Assembly: GCA_030704615.1 (NCBI GenBank)
Contig: CM060733.1
Span: 10,478,001-10,542,000, forward strand
Direction of reading: 5' to 3'
Source of the DNA: Takakia lepidozioides
Taxonomy: Eukaryota; Plantae; Bryophyta
DNA: 64,000 bases
Position numbers and translations under genes: made by a program. The notes under the pieces are model-generated. The model searched no databases, was not told the origin of the DNA, and was given only the letters and a program-made list of their open reading frames with translations. Below, piece by piece: positions 63,000 through 64,000 of this stretch. Numbering within the stretch: the stretch's first letter is position 1; each line of letters opens with the position of its first letter.

Positions 63000-63990
63000 G
63001 AAAATAAGTTGCTACATTTTTCTGCACACGATCCATGAGCTGATGTACAAAGCTTCAGAAATTCATATTGCTGAATCCCTGCGGAAGGCTTACTTGAATC
63101 AGGTCCTCTGTAAGTCGCAAATCTTCCCAGACACTTTTGCTGCTTATCACCTGCATTTCAACATAGCCATTTCAACTGTCAGTTATCTTCACATATATGC
63201 TACAATGATACAAACCATATCATTTATCCAGAATTGGGTGTTCTGCAGTTGGTTGATTGTCCATGCTGGAATCATCTAAGACTGAATTACCCTCATATAT
63301 CAATTTGAGGAACCTCTTGTTGACAGTACATATGGGATCCTGAAGTATGTACTTAACAATCGCACAACATGCTCAACAAAATGACTTCATGGAACAATGA
63401 TCACAGGATATGCTCGGCATGGGTGCTTCATCAAGTCATTCAAGGAGTTGGATGGTTGGCATTTGGCAAGAGTCAAAGTCACCCGTGTGGTCAACCCATA
63501 TGACAGCCTAGGAGCATGCTAGCATCATGAAGGCTGTACTTGCACACAAATTATTTTTGAGACTGCTCTTGTTGAGATGTTAACTAAATGCTGGAGCAAG
63601 GACATGAGTGCTCAACCATCTGGGGATCAAATCAGGAGTACACAAAAATGGAAAATATGGTCAAGCAAGATGTGGTCTCATGGAGTGTAATGATCAGAGG
63701 ATGTGCCCAGCATGGGCTTGGTGGGACAAGCCTGCACCTATCTGAACAAATGCTATAAGAAGGCTTGATTCAACCATATCAACTTCCGATCTCTCCTCTC
63801 GGTAAGCAGCTTATGTAATGGCAGGAGTCGAGTGACAGCCTAACTCCTAAAGTGGAGCATTTTGGCTCCATGGAGGACAATTGAATGAGGCAGGGGTATT
63901 CATTCACAAACTTCCCAGAGAACCACATGCATCAGTGTGCCTGTACAAAATTATGGTCCATTCTTACAATAGATCCGTGGCATCCTATGC
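63000..63990 (+). pseudogene. PLS-class pentatricopeptide-repeat gene remnant
   Basis: DVVSWSVMIRGCAQHGLG, SWNNDHRIC-type frameshifted repeat, TALVEM..KC and FIHKLPREPHASV; many frameshifts. Confidence 0.7.
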
Positions 63991-64000
63991 GTTGCTATAC

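Overview
Land-plant nuclear DNA, probably a non-seed plant (spliceosomal introns, LHP1, LBD, PLS-type PPR remnant), with a 500-N gap flanked by a duplicated contig overlap. Host genes: glyoxal/aldehyde oxidase (partial), LOB-domain transcription factor, POB1/LRB-like BTB protein, LHP1, group-C bZIP, chloroplast RRM protein, clan-72 cytochrome P450 and an intronless NmrA-like oxidoreductase. Mobile-element debris includes Ty3/gypsy, hAT, Ty1/copia with its 3' LTR, L1-, CRE- and other LINE fragments, tRNA-derived SINEs and a head-to-tail Helitron dimer. The most notable region is about 20.3-29.8 kb, a putative mobile island. It contains a hairpin-repeat array, an intronless divergent protein kinase, an array of a 30-bp palindrome, and a spliced gene fusing a ParB/Srx-like domain to a bacterial-type beta-class (N4-C/N6-A) DNA methyltransferase. 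The same palindrome recurs inside that gene's introns. This copy is decaying. All calls come from manual motif and splice-site reading; no database searches were run.
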